A stretch of DNA of 64,000 nt from Rubripirellula sp. (GTDB lineage Bacteria > Planctomycetota > Planctomycetia > Pirellulales > Pirellulaceae). A program made the translations under genes and the position numbers. The stretch spans positions 2,592,001-2,656,000 of the forward strand of contig OZ244207.1 of the NCBI GenBank assembly GCA_965216875.1. Reading direction: 5' to 3'. The notes beneath the pieces were generated by a model. The model saw only the letters and a list, made by a program, of their open reading frames with translations. It was not told the origin of the DNA and did not search any database. Positions 7,923-16,565 of the stretch are shown piece after piece (the first letter of the stretch is position 1; every line of letters starts with the position of its first letter).

Positions 7923-9578
7923 ATGACCGGCGAAACAGAAAGCGCATCATCGGCTTCGTCTGACGAGCGCCTTTCAGTGGTCGAAAAGATCGGATACGGG
8001 TTCGGCGACATGGCGTCGAACCTGTATTGGCGGCTACAACAAACGTTCTTGCTGTTTTTCTACACCGACGTCTTTGGCATTTCGCCCAAAGCGACGGGAA
8101 CGATGGTCTTGGTGACCCGAATTTGGGACGCCATCAACGACCCCTTTATCGGCTATCTCTCGGATCGCACGCGGACTCGCTGGGGCCGGTTTCGCCCCTA
8201 TTTGCTGTGGATGTGCGTCCCGCTCGCGATCACCGGGGTCCTCGTCTTTTGTGCGCCCGACCTAAGCCCCACCGGCAAGCTCGTGTATGCGTACGTGACC
8301 TACACCCTGATGATGCTCGCCTACTCCGCAATCAACATCCCCTACGGCGCGCTGATGGGGGTGATCAGCCCCAATTCGCTCGAACGGACCAGCGTGTCCA
8401 CCTACCGCTTCGTGTTTGCATTTCTTGGTGGCGTTTTTGTCCAGTACTTTACCCTGCACCTGGTCGAGATCTTTGGCCGTGAGGAGAGTGAAACGCTTGG
8501 CCCCGGCGTGATTGAAACCGACCACGCCAAAGGCTACTTCTGGACCGTGGTCCTGTTTTCAAGCATCGCGACGATCATGTTCTTGTTGACGTTCTTTTCG
8601 ACCAAAGAACGCGTCGACCTCGATTCCGACCAAGACTCCAACTTCGAAGCCGACTGGTACTTCATCCGAAGCAGCTGGAAGCTGCACCAGCTGATGCTTG
8701 TCGGAATCGTTTCGGTCGCATTGATGGCCACGGCCCTGGACCGCCATGCCGCGTTTTGGATCCTTGGCGCCTATTTCGTTTCGTCCATCGTTTCCTTTAG
8801 CGTTTCGGCGCTCACGCGAGCGTTTCGCAGGAAAGAGATTGGGCGTTCTGTTCTGCGTGATGACGTTGAACACCTGCTTCGAAACCGCCCCTGGATCGTG
8901 CTGTCGGTGTTTGGCCTTTTTCACTTGTCTGGATACGCCGTGCACAGCAGCACGCTGATCTATTACTTCAAGTACTTTGTGGCCGACGAGACCCCCATCT
9001 CCTCTTTCATGGCAGCCAAGACGATCGCCGGGATGGCGGGAATGTTGCTGACCAAACCGCTCACCGCAAAGTTTGGCAAGAAGCGGTTGATGATCACACT
9101 CACAATCCTCACCACACTCTGCACGCTCTGCTTTCTTTTCGTAAAGCCGGATCAAGTGCGTTTGATGTTCGGCATTCATATGCTCAGTGGATTTGTTGGC
9201 GGTCCCGTCTGCGTCATCCTGTGGGCGATGTATGCCGATGTCGCCGACTACTCCCAATGGGAGCATGGACGGCGCACGACCGGCTTGATCTTCGCGGCAG
9301 CTTCTTTCTCGCAAAAACTGGGGGCAGCCGTCGGCGTCGCGTTGACCGGTTTCTTGCTGGACTACTTCATGTACATCCCGCCGGTCGACGGCGAGATGCA
9401 GCCGCAATCGGAATTCACCATCGATGGCCTGAGATGGATGTTCAGCCTCATCCCCATCGGCTTCTTCATCATCGCGATCGCCGCGCTGGCCCTTTATCCG
9501 CTTGATGAGCCTACGCTCAAGCACATCCAGGATGAGCTACGTGAGCGGAAACAGGCCGAACGTCTCAAACGCTGCTGA
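7923..9578 (+). CDS. glycoside-pentoside-hexuronide (GPH/MelB-type) MFS symporter with a central insertion
   Basis: EKIGYGFGD, DAINDP..G..SDRTRTRWGRFRPY, NIPYGAL, TKERV and MYADVADY motifs. Confidence 0.93.
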   Translation: MTGETESASSASSDERLSVVEKIGYGFGDMASNLYWRLQQTFLLFFYTDVFGISPKATGTMVLVTRIWDAINDPFIGYLSDRTRTRWGRFRPYLLWMCVPLAITGVLVFCAPDLSPTGKLVYAYVTYTLMMLAYSAINIPYGALMGVISPNSLERTSVSTYRFVFAFLGGVFVQYFTLHLVEIFGREESETLGPGVIETDHAKGYFWTVVLFSSIATIMFLLTFFSTKERVDLDSDQDSNFEADWYFIRSSWKLHQLMLVGIVSVALMATALDRHAAFWILGAYFVSSIVSFSVSALTRAFRRKEIGRSVLRDDVEHLLRNRPWIVLSVFGLFHLSGYAVHSSTLIYYFKYFVADETPISSFMAAKTIAGMAGMLLTKPLTAKFGKKRLMITLTILTTLCTLCFLFVKPDQVRLMFGIHMLSGFVGGPVCVILWAMYADVADYSQWEHGRRTTGLIFAAASFSQKLGAAVGVALTGFLLDYFMYIPPVDGEMQPQSEFTIDGLRWMFSLIPIGFFIIAIAALALYPLDEPTLKHIQDELRERKQAERLKRC

Positions 9579-9722
9579 TCAGCGAAGCGGCCACTGCCGT
9601 CATCGGCACTGCTGATTCCCGCGCGAGCGGATGTCGACGACGGCCATGCGTTTGGCTGAATGTTTTCAGCAGATTTTCAGGTACGGGTGAGCCCAATGTC
9701 TGTTCAGGATGTACGTGGCTCC

Positions 9723-9736
9723 TGAAACCGCTTTCA
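9723..9736. promoter_or_regulatory. LacI-family operator (distal)
   Basis: TGAAACCGCTTTCA; exact reverse complement of the site at 9911-9924. Confidence 0.75.
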
Positions 9737-9904
9737 GACAAACGGTCTGAAAAACACCCCTCTACAGCATGATACAAACGGCATTTCGAGCCACCCGCAT
9801 TGGTGGAAACACCACCAATAGACGGGGTTTCGTGCGATCCCCGCCCAAGAAACCCGCCTGCACCACCCGCCTGAGACTGTTTCCTGTGAATTTTTCGTGA
9901 ATCG

Positions 9905-9933
9905 TTGACGTGAAAGCGGTTTCACGATAACGT
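9905..9933 (+). promoter_or_regulatory. sigma70-type promoter with a LacI operator in its spacer
   Basis: TTGACG (9905-9910), 17 bp, TAACGT (9928-9933); overlapped by near-palindrome CGTGAAAGCGGTTTCACG (9909-9926). Confidence 0.75.
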
Positions 9934-10006
9934 GAGCACAGACGTCGTTAATTGCTACCTAACGCGCCAACCTCTTCCAGAGCTTCCTTTTCACAAAATC
10001 CCTCCC

Positions 10007-10999
10007 TTGATCACCATCCGCGACATAGCGAAACGCGCCAATGTTTCCAGCGCTACGGTTTCGCGCGTGCTCAACAACAGCTCGCCGGTGAACGAGGAAA
10101 AACGGGCTGCCGTGCTCGAGGCGATGGAGGAGCTCAATTTCCAGCCCAACCTGGTCGCACGTGGGCTGGCCAGTGGTGAGTCGATGACGATCGGCGTCGC
10201 AGTGCAGATGTCGGGTTCCACCTTTTACAACTTGGTCACCGATGGAATCAGCATCAGCCTCGATGAGCTCGGTTACTCACCCATCTTTTCGAACCGCAAA
10301 CACAAACCGGGGATGGGCCTTGCCGCTGTCCGCAACTTGATCGGTCGACGTATCGACGGCTTGATCCTGGTGGGCGGCGAACTCCCCGAAAACGAACTCA
10401 AGCAAATACGCGATACCGTCCCGACCATCGTTGTGGGTCGAGACATTTCCGGTAATCCCGACGAGACCATTTGCGTCGACAACTTTGAGCCAGCGTACGA
10501 GCTGACCAAAGTGTTGATCGAAGCGGGGCATGAGCGAATCGCTCACATCAGTGGTGACCAAGGGCACTTTGATGGCCGGCAAAGATTCCAAGCTTACAAA
10601 CAAGCTCTCAAAGATTTTGGTGTCAAGTTCCGCTCAGAGCTGGTCTATGAAGGTGACTTCTCGGCGCAATCCGGAATCGTAGGGGTGAGTTCGTTGCTTG
10701 CGCGCGGCGTGAACTTCAGCGCCGTGTTTGCCGGTAACGACCTTTGCGCTTACGGCGCTCGCTTGGCACTTTATCAAAAAGGAATACGAGTACCTGAGGA
10801 TGTTTCGATCGTTGGATTTGATGACCAACCCGAATCCTCTTACATGACACCGCCGCTGACGACAGTCCGCCAGCCTGCCAAGGAGATGGGCACAGCTGCT
10901 GGCAAGGCGATCGTTTCATTGGTTCGAGGCAAGCAGGTAAAGATACCGAAGCTTGCCGCAAAGGTTGTTTTCCGCGACTCGATCAGTCGCCGGATTTAG
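10007..10999 (+). CDS. LacI family transcriptional regulator
   Basis: TIRDIAKRANVSSATVSRVLN helix-turn-helix, PN..ARGL hinge, VPEDVSIVGFDD, PPLTTVRQP; TTG 10007 is the likely start. Confidence 0.96.
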   Translation: MITIRDIAKRANVSSATVSRVLNNSSPVNEEKRAAVLEAMEELNFQPNLVARGLASGESMTIGVAVQMSGSTFYNLVTDGISISLDELGYSPIFSNRKHKPGMGLAAVRNLIGRRIDGLILVGGELPENELKQIRDTVPTIVVGRDISGNPDETICVDNFEPAYELTKVLIEAGHERIAHISGDQGHFDGRQRFQAYKQALKDFGVKFRSELVYEGDFSAQSGIVGVSSLLARGVNFSAVFAGNDLCAYGARLALYQKGIRVPEDVSIVGFDDQPESSYMTPPLTTVRQPAKEMGTAAGKAIVSLVRGKQVKIPKLAAKVVFRDSISRRI

Positions 11000-11077
11000 T
11001 TGTTTCGCGTTTATCCCCAATAGGGGTTTTTCAATTCGTTTTGTTTTCCCACAGATTCTCTTTAGAGGGATCATCAA

Positions 11078-12280
11078 ATGATTCGTAATCGGTTCCAGCG
11101 TCAGGCGTTCACGCTTGTCGAGCTTTTGGTCGTTATCGCGATCATTGGCGTCCTTGTCGGCCTACTGTTGCCGGCAGTCCAAGCTGCTCGCGAAGCAGCA
11201 CGTCGTATGAGTTGCAGTAACAACTTCAAGCAAATCGGCTTGGCACTTCACAACTATCACAGTGCATACAAGAATTTGCCGACACAACGTGGTGGTACTT
11301 GGGACAACCAAACCACCTGGCCACCGTTGATTCGGACCAACCACAACAACTTCCAGTTGAGCATGCTGGTTGGCATCACTCCCTTCATGGAGCAACAAGC
11401 TCTATGGGAAACGATTTTTAATCCGCTTGATGATCCGGATGACAACCCCGTTGATGTCTGGCCTTCGATGGGCCCAACGGTCGACAACAACGACCAATAC
11501 ACACCTTGGGTCACCCAGATCCCAACGTTGCGCTGCCCCAGCGACCCGGGCAACGGACTTCCTGGTTACGGCCGTACCAACTACGGTGCCTGCATCGGTG
11601 ACACCTACTACTCGCCATGGGGTGACAACCTCTGGTGGGACCACACGCAAACCTTCTATGACATCGGCTGGCCTGACATCAAGAAGTGCCAACGTGGTGT
11701 GTTCACCGGCCGCAAGGAAACTCGCTTCCGCGACATCCTTGATGGTTTGAGCAACACGATCATGGCCGGCGAATTCATCACCTACCTCGGTGACCGTGAC
11801 GCTCGTGCTTCGACCATCCAAGCGGGTGTTGTCGATGATCCAACCGCCTGCCGTGTTTCACTCGACCCAGAACGTCCAAACTTCTGGGATCCATCGGTCA
11901 CCACCCACCAACAAGACGCCAGCGGAACGGGTGTCCGGGCTGGTCGTGGTTACCAATGGGCAAACGGTTTCGCTGTTCACAGCGAAGTCTACACCGTTTT
12001 GCCACCTAACAGCGAAATGTGTGCTGACCTGCCATCGGATCAATGGATGGGTGCTTTGACCGACCGCATCAACGCGACCGTGTCGAGCCAACACCAAGGT
12101 GGTGCTCACGTGCTTATGTCCGACGGTGCTGTCAAATTCATCACCGACTCGATCGAAGCAGGCGATAGCACTGCTGCTCAAATCAACCCATGGATGAATG
12201 GTGGTCAGCAAAGCTTCTACGGCCTCTGGGGTGCACTCGGCACCAAGGGCATGAAGGAAGTGATCGAGGAAGAACTCTAG
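11078..12280 (+). CDS. DUF1559 prepilin-type protein
   Basis: [53 protein letters not shown] and C-terminal H-X9-DG ([12 protein letters not shown]). Confidence 0.96.
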   Translation: MIRNRFQRQAFTLVELLVVIAIIGVLVGLLLPAVQAAREAARRMSCSNNFKQIGLALHNYHSAYKNLPTQRGGTWDNQTTWPPLIRTNHNNFQLSMLVGITPFMEQQALWETIFNPLDDPDDNPVDVWPSMGPTVDNNDQYTPWVTQIPTLRCPSDPGNGLPGYGRTNYGACIGDTYYSPWGDNLWWDHTQTFYDIGWPDIKKCQRGVFTGRKETRFRDILDGLSNTIMAGEFITYLGDRDARASTIQAGVVDDPTACRVSLDPERPNFWDPSVTTHQQDASGTGVRAGRGYQWANGFAVHSEVYTVLPPNSEMCADLPSDQWMGALTDRINATVSSQHQGGAHVLMSDGAVKFITDSIEAGDSTAAQINPWMNGGQQSFYGLWGALGTKGMKEVIEEEL

Positions 12281-12303
12281 AAATCGATTTGAAGGATTTT
12301 CCA

Positions 12304-12564
12304 ATGAAGAAGAAGTTCTTTACGGCAATGGGCCTCGTCAGCTGCTCCGTCCTCTTCGGATGCTCTGACAACGAAGCCTATGTCGTAGGATCAGACGAAG
12401 AGTACGCCGAGATTCGGACTTCGAAAGAAGAAGCCGATGCAATGGCGGCCAAGTACGCCAAGGGCGGCGGCGACGCTGCTCCTTCGCGCAACGACATTCA
12501 AGACATGGCAAAGCAGGCCAAGGCGAGTGCCGAAGCCGCTCGCGCTGCTGCCGCGTCGAACTAG
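12304..12564 (+). CDS. small lipoprotein (DUF1559 partner)
   Basis: AAGGA RBS; MKKK...LFGC lipobox; followed by a terminator. Confidence 0.8.
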   Translation: MKKKFFTAMGLVSCSVLFGCSDNEAYVVGSDEEYAEIRTSKEEADAMAAKYAKGGGDAAPSRNDIQDMAKQAKASAEAARAAAASN

Positions 12565-12604
12565 TCCCGGTCTGATCCGCACCTAACCGTGCATGAAGTT
12601 GGTT

Positions 12605-12647
12605 GAAAGGCTGTCTAGGTGTCGCACCTGGGCAGCCTTTCTTTTTT
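12605..12647 (+). terminator. intrinsic terminator
   Basis: GAAAGGCTGTCTAGGTG-TCG-CACCTGGGCAGCCTTTC followed by a T-run. Confidence 0.85.
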
Positions 12648-12719
12648 GGGGTTTCAACCTTCTTTCGGCGCCAAGTGCGTCGCTCGCGGCGTCTGGTTTT
12701 TGGTTGGGCCGCAGTGCGG

Positions 12720-12775
12720 TCGAATACGAGCACCGCTTTGCTGAGCACGAGCACGAGCACAAGTACAAGTACAAG
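12720..12775. repeat. GAG(C/T)AC-type hexamer repeat element
   Basis: cgaatacgagcaccgctttgctgagcacgagcacgagcacaagtacaagtacaag between convergent genes. Confidence 0.7.
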
Positions 12776-12923
12776 CGAAAGCATGGATCACTCGCCAACC
12801 TTTGGCATTCTCGCTCCGTGCACCCTGCGCCCTCGGTGGCTTCCTTGAAACCCCGAAAGCCCACAGACGCTGACGCAATCCCCAACTCAATGATGAATAG
12901 GCCCTCGCATCAATGATGCGAGC

Positions 12924-14048
12924 CTAGCTGCGACGACCGCGCCAACCAACTTGCCGCCCCGTGACTTTCATCGCTAACGCTAGCCATTGCAGCAACACAA
13001 AGACGGCAACCGCTGGCGCGTGCAGCACCACACCAACCCAAGGTTGCTTGTAGTCTCTCGCCGCCAACGCTCGCGGCAGGTGTCCTGCAACAACCGCCGA
13101 TAGGGAAAGACCGACCACCCAAGGCTTCGCAACTGACACGCCGACCGCCAACATCAAAATCGGCAACACGCTGCCACCAAGAAGCAGGATGCTGAAGGGA
13201 ACAATCAACTTGGGAGCTGCGATCCCCTCGGTCGCGTTTTTCAAGACGCCCACAAAAACCTCGCCTGCGTTGCTGTACATGCGGCACAACGCCAAGTCGG
13301 TTCCATCGACAACATCAGCCATCATGTCCTTCTCTCGGTAGGCACGCGGCAACTTCACACCGTCATGTCGACTCGACTTGATTGCCGCGTGCGTGCCAGC
13401 TCGCAGGTAGTCTTCCTGGGACGTCATAAAAAGCTGACCGCATCCCGCTGCGTACGCGGGCGATGAGAACTGCCGCATGCGCTGCATCGGCAAGTAGCCG
13501 AGCAGAATGTAGTGCATCATCGGAATGATCAACTTTTCCCAAAAGGTCTCGGTGACCTGGCGCGGAAACGCACTCAACAGTTCGATGTTTCGTTCGTCTT
13601 GATATTGGACGAGTTGCGAAATCGCCTTTGGCTCAAGTCGCACATCGGCATCGATAAAGACAAGCCGCTCATGGCGAGCCGCCTTGGCAAGTTGAAAACA
13701 AGCATGTTGCTTTCCGTTCCAACCTTCGGGCAACGGTTCGCTACTGAGAAGCCGCAGTCGCGGATCATCAGCCGCAAGCGACTCGACCAAACGCCGCGTG
13801 TCATCGGTGCTGTGATCATCAAGCACGACAACTTCGCACACAACGTCTTCACTGGCCAGCGCTGCCGAAACGCTTTGCACGATCCCCAACTCTTCATTTC
13901 GGGCCGGCACGAGAATCGAGACCTCGACGTTTGCAGCTTCCTTCGGGTCGTCTAACACGATTTGAAACAGCGGACGGTTTGCCAAAAAGGTTGCGGCTGG
14001 CAGCAACGAAAGCAGCAGTGCCGCGATGAGCAGTCCCCACACGATCAT
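12924..14048 (-). CDS. GT2 glycosyltransferase, CrtQ-like (carotenoid acid glycosyltransferase)
   Basis: VPARNEE, DDHSTD, GWNGKQHAC, FIDADV and GQLF motifs; located in a carotenoid operon. Confidence 0.85.
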   Translation of the reverse strand: MIVWGLLIAALLLSLLPAATFLANRPLFQIVLDDPKEAANVEVSILVPARNEELGIVQSVSAALASEDVVCEVVVLDDHSTDDTRRLVESLAADDPRLRLLSSEPLPEGWNGKQHACFQLAKAARHERLVFIDADVRLEPKAISQLVQYQDERNIELLSAFPRQVTETFWEKLIIPMMHYILLGYLPMQRMRQFSSPAYAAGCGQLFMTSQEDYLRAGTHAAIKSSRHDGVKLPRAYREKDMMADVVDGTDLALCRMYSNAGEVFVGVLKNATEGIAAPKLIVPFSILLLGGSVLPILMLAVGVSVAKPWVVGLSLSAVVAGHLPRALAARDYKQPWVGVVLHAPAVAVFVLLQWLALAMKVTGRQVGWRGRRS

Positions 14049-14854
14049 TGCTTTGAGTCGTCTCCAAATTGATCGCCATGACGAGATCGAAACCGTTTCC
14101 CGGTAAACAACGACTTGGCGGCCCGAAACGTGTCGTAGAACATTCCCGCGCCCGCCTTTCCACCCACCAGCATCTCAAGGTCTTGCGCACCACGCCCGAT
14201 CGCAATCTCGGCGAGACAGTGTTGCGTCTGGCGAAGCCCCCAAGTCAACGCTTGATTCCATTGTTGCTTGTCTTGCAATTCGCCTGAATCAAGCGAGATT
14301 GGATCGCCCAATCGCGCAAGACAAACGGGCAAGCGTTCATCCCAAAACACGTACTCGAGAGCCAACGGCATCGCGACGCCACGCTCCGCCTTATGGCAGA
14401 GGTGCGCCAGTCCCGGCATCAATTCAGCCGAATGATCACGAGCGTCGCAGAATCGTCCTTCAGGTGTGATCCAAATCGCCGTCCCGGGATGAGCAAGAAT
14501 TGCTTTGCTTTGCTTCAAAAACGCTGCCGCCCCTTCCCCGGAGTCCATTTTGACGCCATAGAAGCCAAGCTTTTCAAAGACGCGGTATTGGGCGAGCGCG
14601 TCGGCATCGATCGGCGCAAAAAACTGACGCGGCGCAAAAAGTCGACCGTTTAAATAGTGCGCAACCAAAGGGTCCCACCACGACGGATGATTCCCATAAA
14701 CGACCAAAGGCGTGTCATCAGAAAGGGTCTTGTCGGGCCGGCTACGAACATCAACCGCGATCGCGTGAAAATGTCGGGCAAAAAAGCGCGGCAGGAATCG
14801 ATGAAAACCATTCTGGATCCAGCTTGAAACGGCAGGAACGGATTCGGTTGACAT
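14045..14854 (-). CDS. lysophospholipid acyltransferase family protein (probable carotenoid-glycoside acyltransferase)
   Basis: NHPSWWD and ITPEG PlsC-type motifs; overlaps the GT2 start by 4 bp. Confidence 0.82.
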   Translation of the reverse strand: MSTESVPAVSSWIQNGFHRFLPRFFARHFHAIAVDVRSRPDKTLSDDTPLVVYGNHPSWWDPLVAHYLNGRLFAPRQFFAPIDADALAQYRVFEKLGFYGVKMDSGEGAAAFLKQSKAILAHPGTAIWITPEGRFCDARDHSAELMPGLAHLCHKAERGVAMPLALEYVFWDERLPVCLARLGDPISLDSGELQDKQQWNQALTWGLRQTQHCLAEIAIGRGAQDLEMLVGGKAGAGMFYDTFRAAKSLFTGKRFRSRHGDQFGDDSKQ

Positions 14855-14981
14855 CAGGCCAATCGGAGCAAGGGCGTGGAGTTCATCAAAGCGTCGAACT
14901 TGACACGCCCGCAACGCCCAAGCAAGTAGGGAGAGGGGAAGAAGGGACGCGACAAATTGAGATGTCCGAGCGGCTCGACAA

Positions 14982-16565
14982 CTAGAGTCGCCCCGCTTCG
15001 GCATCGACGTCAAGCGAGTCAGCGGCGATCCAACCGCTCATCAGGACCATCGGCATACCGGGCCCAGGATGCGCCGCGCCGCCGGCAAGGTAGAGCCCGC
15101 GAAGATCCTTTCGTCGATTGCCCGGCTTGAACGCCCCGACAAATTTACCATGGCTGGCCAACCCATAGATTGCGCCGTTCAAGACTCGGTACCGATTGTG
15201 AATTCCTTCAGGCGTGAGTGATGATTCATAGACGATCGAGTCTCGGATCCCCTCCATGCCCGCCGTCGATTCCAATTTGTCGAGGATCACTTCTCGATAC
15301 TTGGGCAACATTTCGTTCCAGTCGTGCCCGTCGCGCAAGTAAGGCGTGTGCACCAGTATATAGAGCGCTTCGCATCCGTCGGGGGCGACCTGGGGCTCCG
15401 AAATGCTCGGCGCACAAACGTAGGCACTCGGGTCGGGTGCGGGCTCGCCCCGGTCATAGATGTATTTGAACTCTTCGTGCGGATCGCGTGAAAAGACAAA
15501 GTTGTGGTGCAGCAACTGCTCGTACTTGCGGTTCAAACCAAGGTAGAGCACAACGCCGCTACAGGCTGGCTCGAAACGATTCTTGCTTTCGAACTTCGCC
15601 GCCTCGGATGTCCCGCCGAGCAACTCGCGATAGGTACGGATGGCGTCGCAGTTACTCACGATTGCATCGCAATCGACCGTTTCGCCCGACGCTAGCTCCG
15701 CGCCTCTGACTCGCTTCGACTCGGATCGAATGCCAACGACGTCCGTCCCCGTTCGAATCTCCACACCAAGTTCACCCGCCAAGCGACTGAGGGCTTCGGG
15801 GACCGCGCGCGTTCCACCCATCGGATACCAAATGCCTTCGTCGGTTTGCATATGAGCAATCCCGCAAAGCACTGCTGGCGACGCATAGGGTGACGAACCA
15901 ACATACTGGGTGAAGTGATCCATCATCTGAGCAACGCGATGGTCGGGCACGTGCGAACGGACGACCGAAGCAACGCTCCGCCCCATCCGAAGTGAAAGCA
16001 CATCTTTGAGGACGGCAGGTGAAAAAGCACCGCCAACCTCCATCGTGTCGGCCAGGCCTCCGACACTGCGCCAGAAGAAAAAGCGGTCCGATACCTCATG
16101 AAGCTGTTTGCTCATTTTGAGGAAGCGCGCGTAGCCGTCGCCACTCTTGGACGAACCGGTGAACTGGTCGATCGCTTGACGCATCGCGTCGGTGTTGGCG
16201 ACCAAATCGAGCACATCTCCGTCACCGCTCGACGTGCTGTCCGGCTCGAAAAAGCAACGCCACTGGGGATCAAGCGGAATCATCTCCAGATAGTCTTCAA
16301 GCCGTCGCCCCGCCTCAGCGAAAACGCGTTTGAGCACACTCGGAAGTGTCAAAATGGTCGGCCCCATGTCGAAGCGATAACCCTCGGCTTGATGAACCGC
16401 CGCCTTGCCGCCAACCCAGTCATTCTTTTCGAGCAACGTGACTTGGTGCCCACGCGCCGCAAGAACACAGGCTGATGATAGTCCCGCGAGCCCGCCACCA
16501 ACCACAACCACCTTCTGTGGTTTTGTCGTCGTTTTGCGTCCTACTTCAGATAACTCTTGGATCAT
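14982..16565 (-). CDS. phytoene desaturase family oxidoreductase (CrtP/CrtNb-like C30 carotenoid oxidase)
   Basis: GGGLAGL FAD motif, GYRFDMGPTIL, QYVGSSPY, GAIYG and HPGPGMPMV. Confidence 0.9.
   Translation of the reverse strand: MIQELSEVGRKTTTKPQKVVVVGGGLAGLSSACVLAARGHQVTLLEKNDWVGGKAAVHQAEGYRFDMGPTILTLPSVLKRVFAEAGRRLEDYLEMIPLDPQWRCFFEPDSTSSGDGDVLDLVANTDAMRQAIDQFTGSSKSGDGYARFLKMSKQLHEVSDRFFFWRSVGGLADTMEVGGAFSPAVLKDVLSLRMGRSVASVVRSHVPDHRVAQMMDHFTQYVGSSPYASPAVLCGIAHMQTDEGIWYPMGGTRAVPEALSRLAGELGVEIRTGTDVVGIRSESKRVRGAELASGETVDCDAIVSNCDAIRTYRELLGGTSEAAKFESKNRFEPACSGVVLYLGLNRKYEQLLHHNFVFSRDPHEEFKYIYDRGEPAPDPSAYVCAPSISEPQVAPDGCEALYILVHTPYLRDGHDWNEMLPKYREVILDKLESTAGMEGIRDSIVYESSLTPEGIHNRYRVLNGAIYGLASHGKFVGAFKPGNRRKDLRGLYLAGGAAHPGPGMPMVLMSGWIAADSLDVDAEAGRL

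Noticed and set aside
11015..11031. terminator after lacI
   Set aside because: The stem is only 4 bp (CCCC/GGGG), too weak to call with confidence.
12583..12916. short ORFs with EHEHEH / STSTST / LVLVLV runs
   Set aside because: These are translations of the hexamer DNA repeat and the terminator, not credible proteins.
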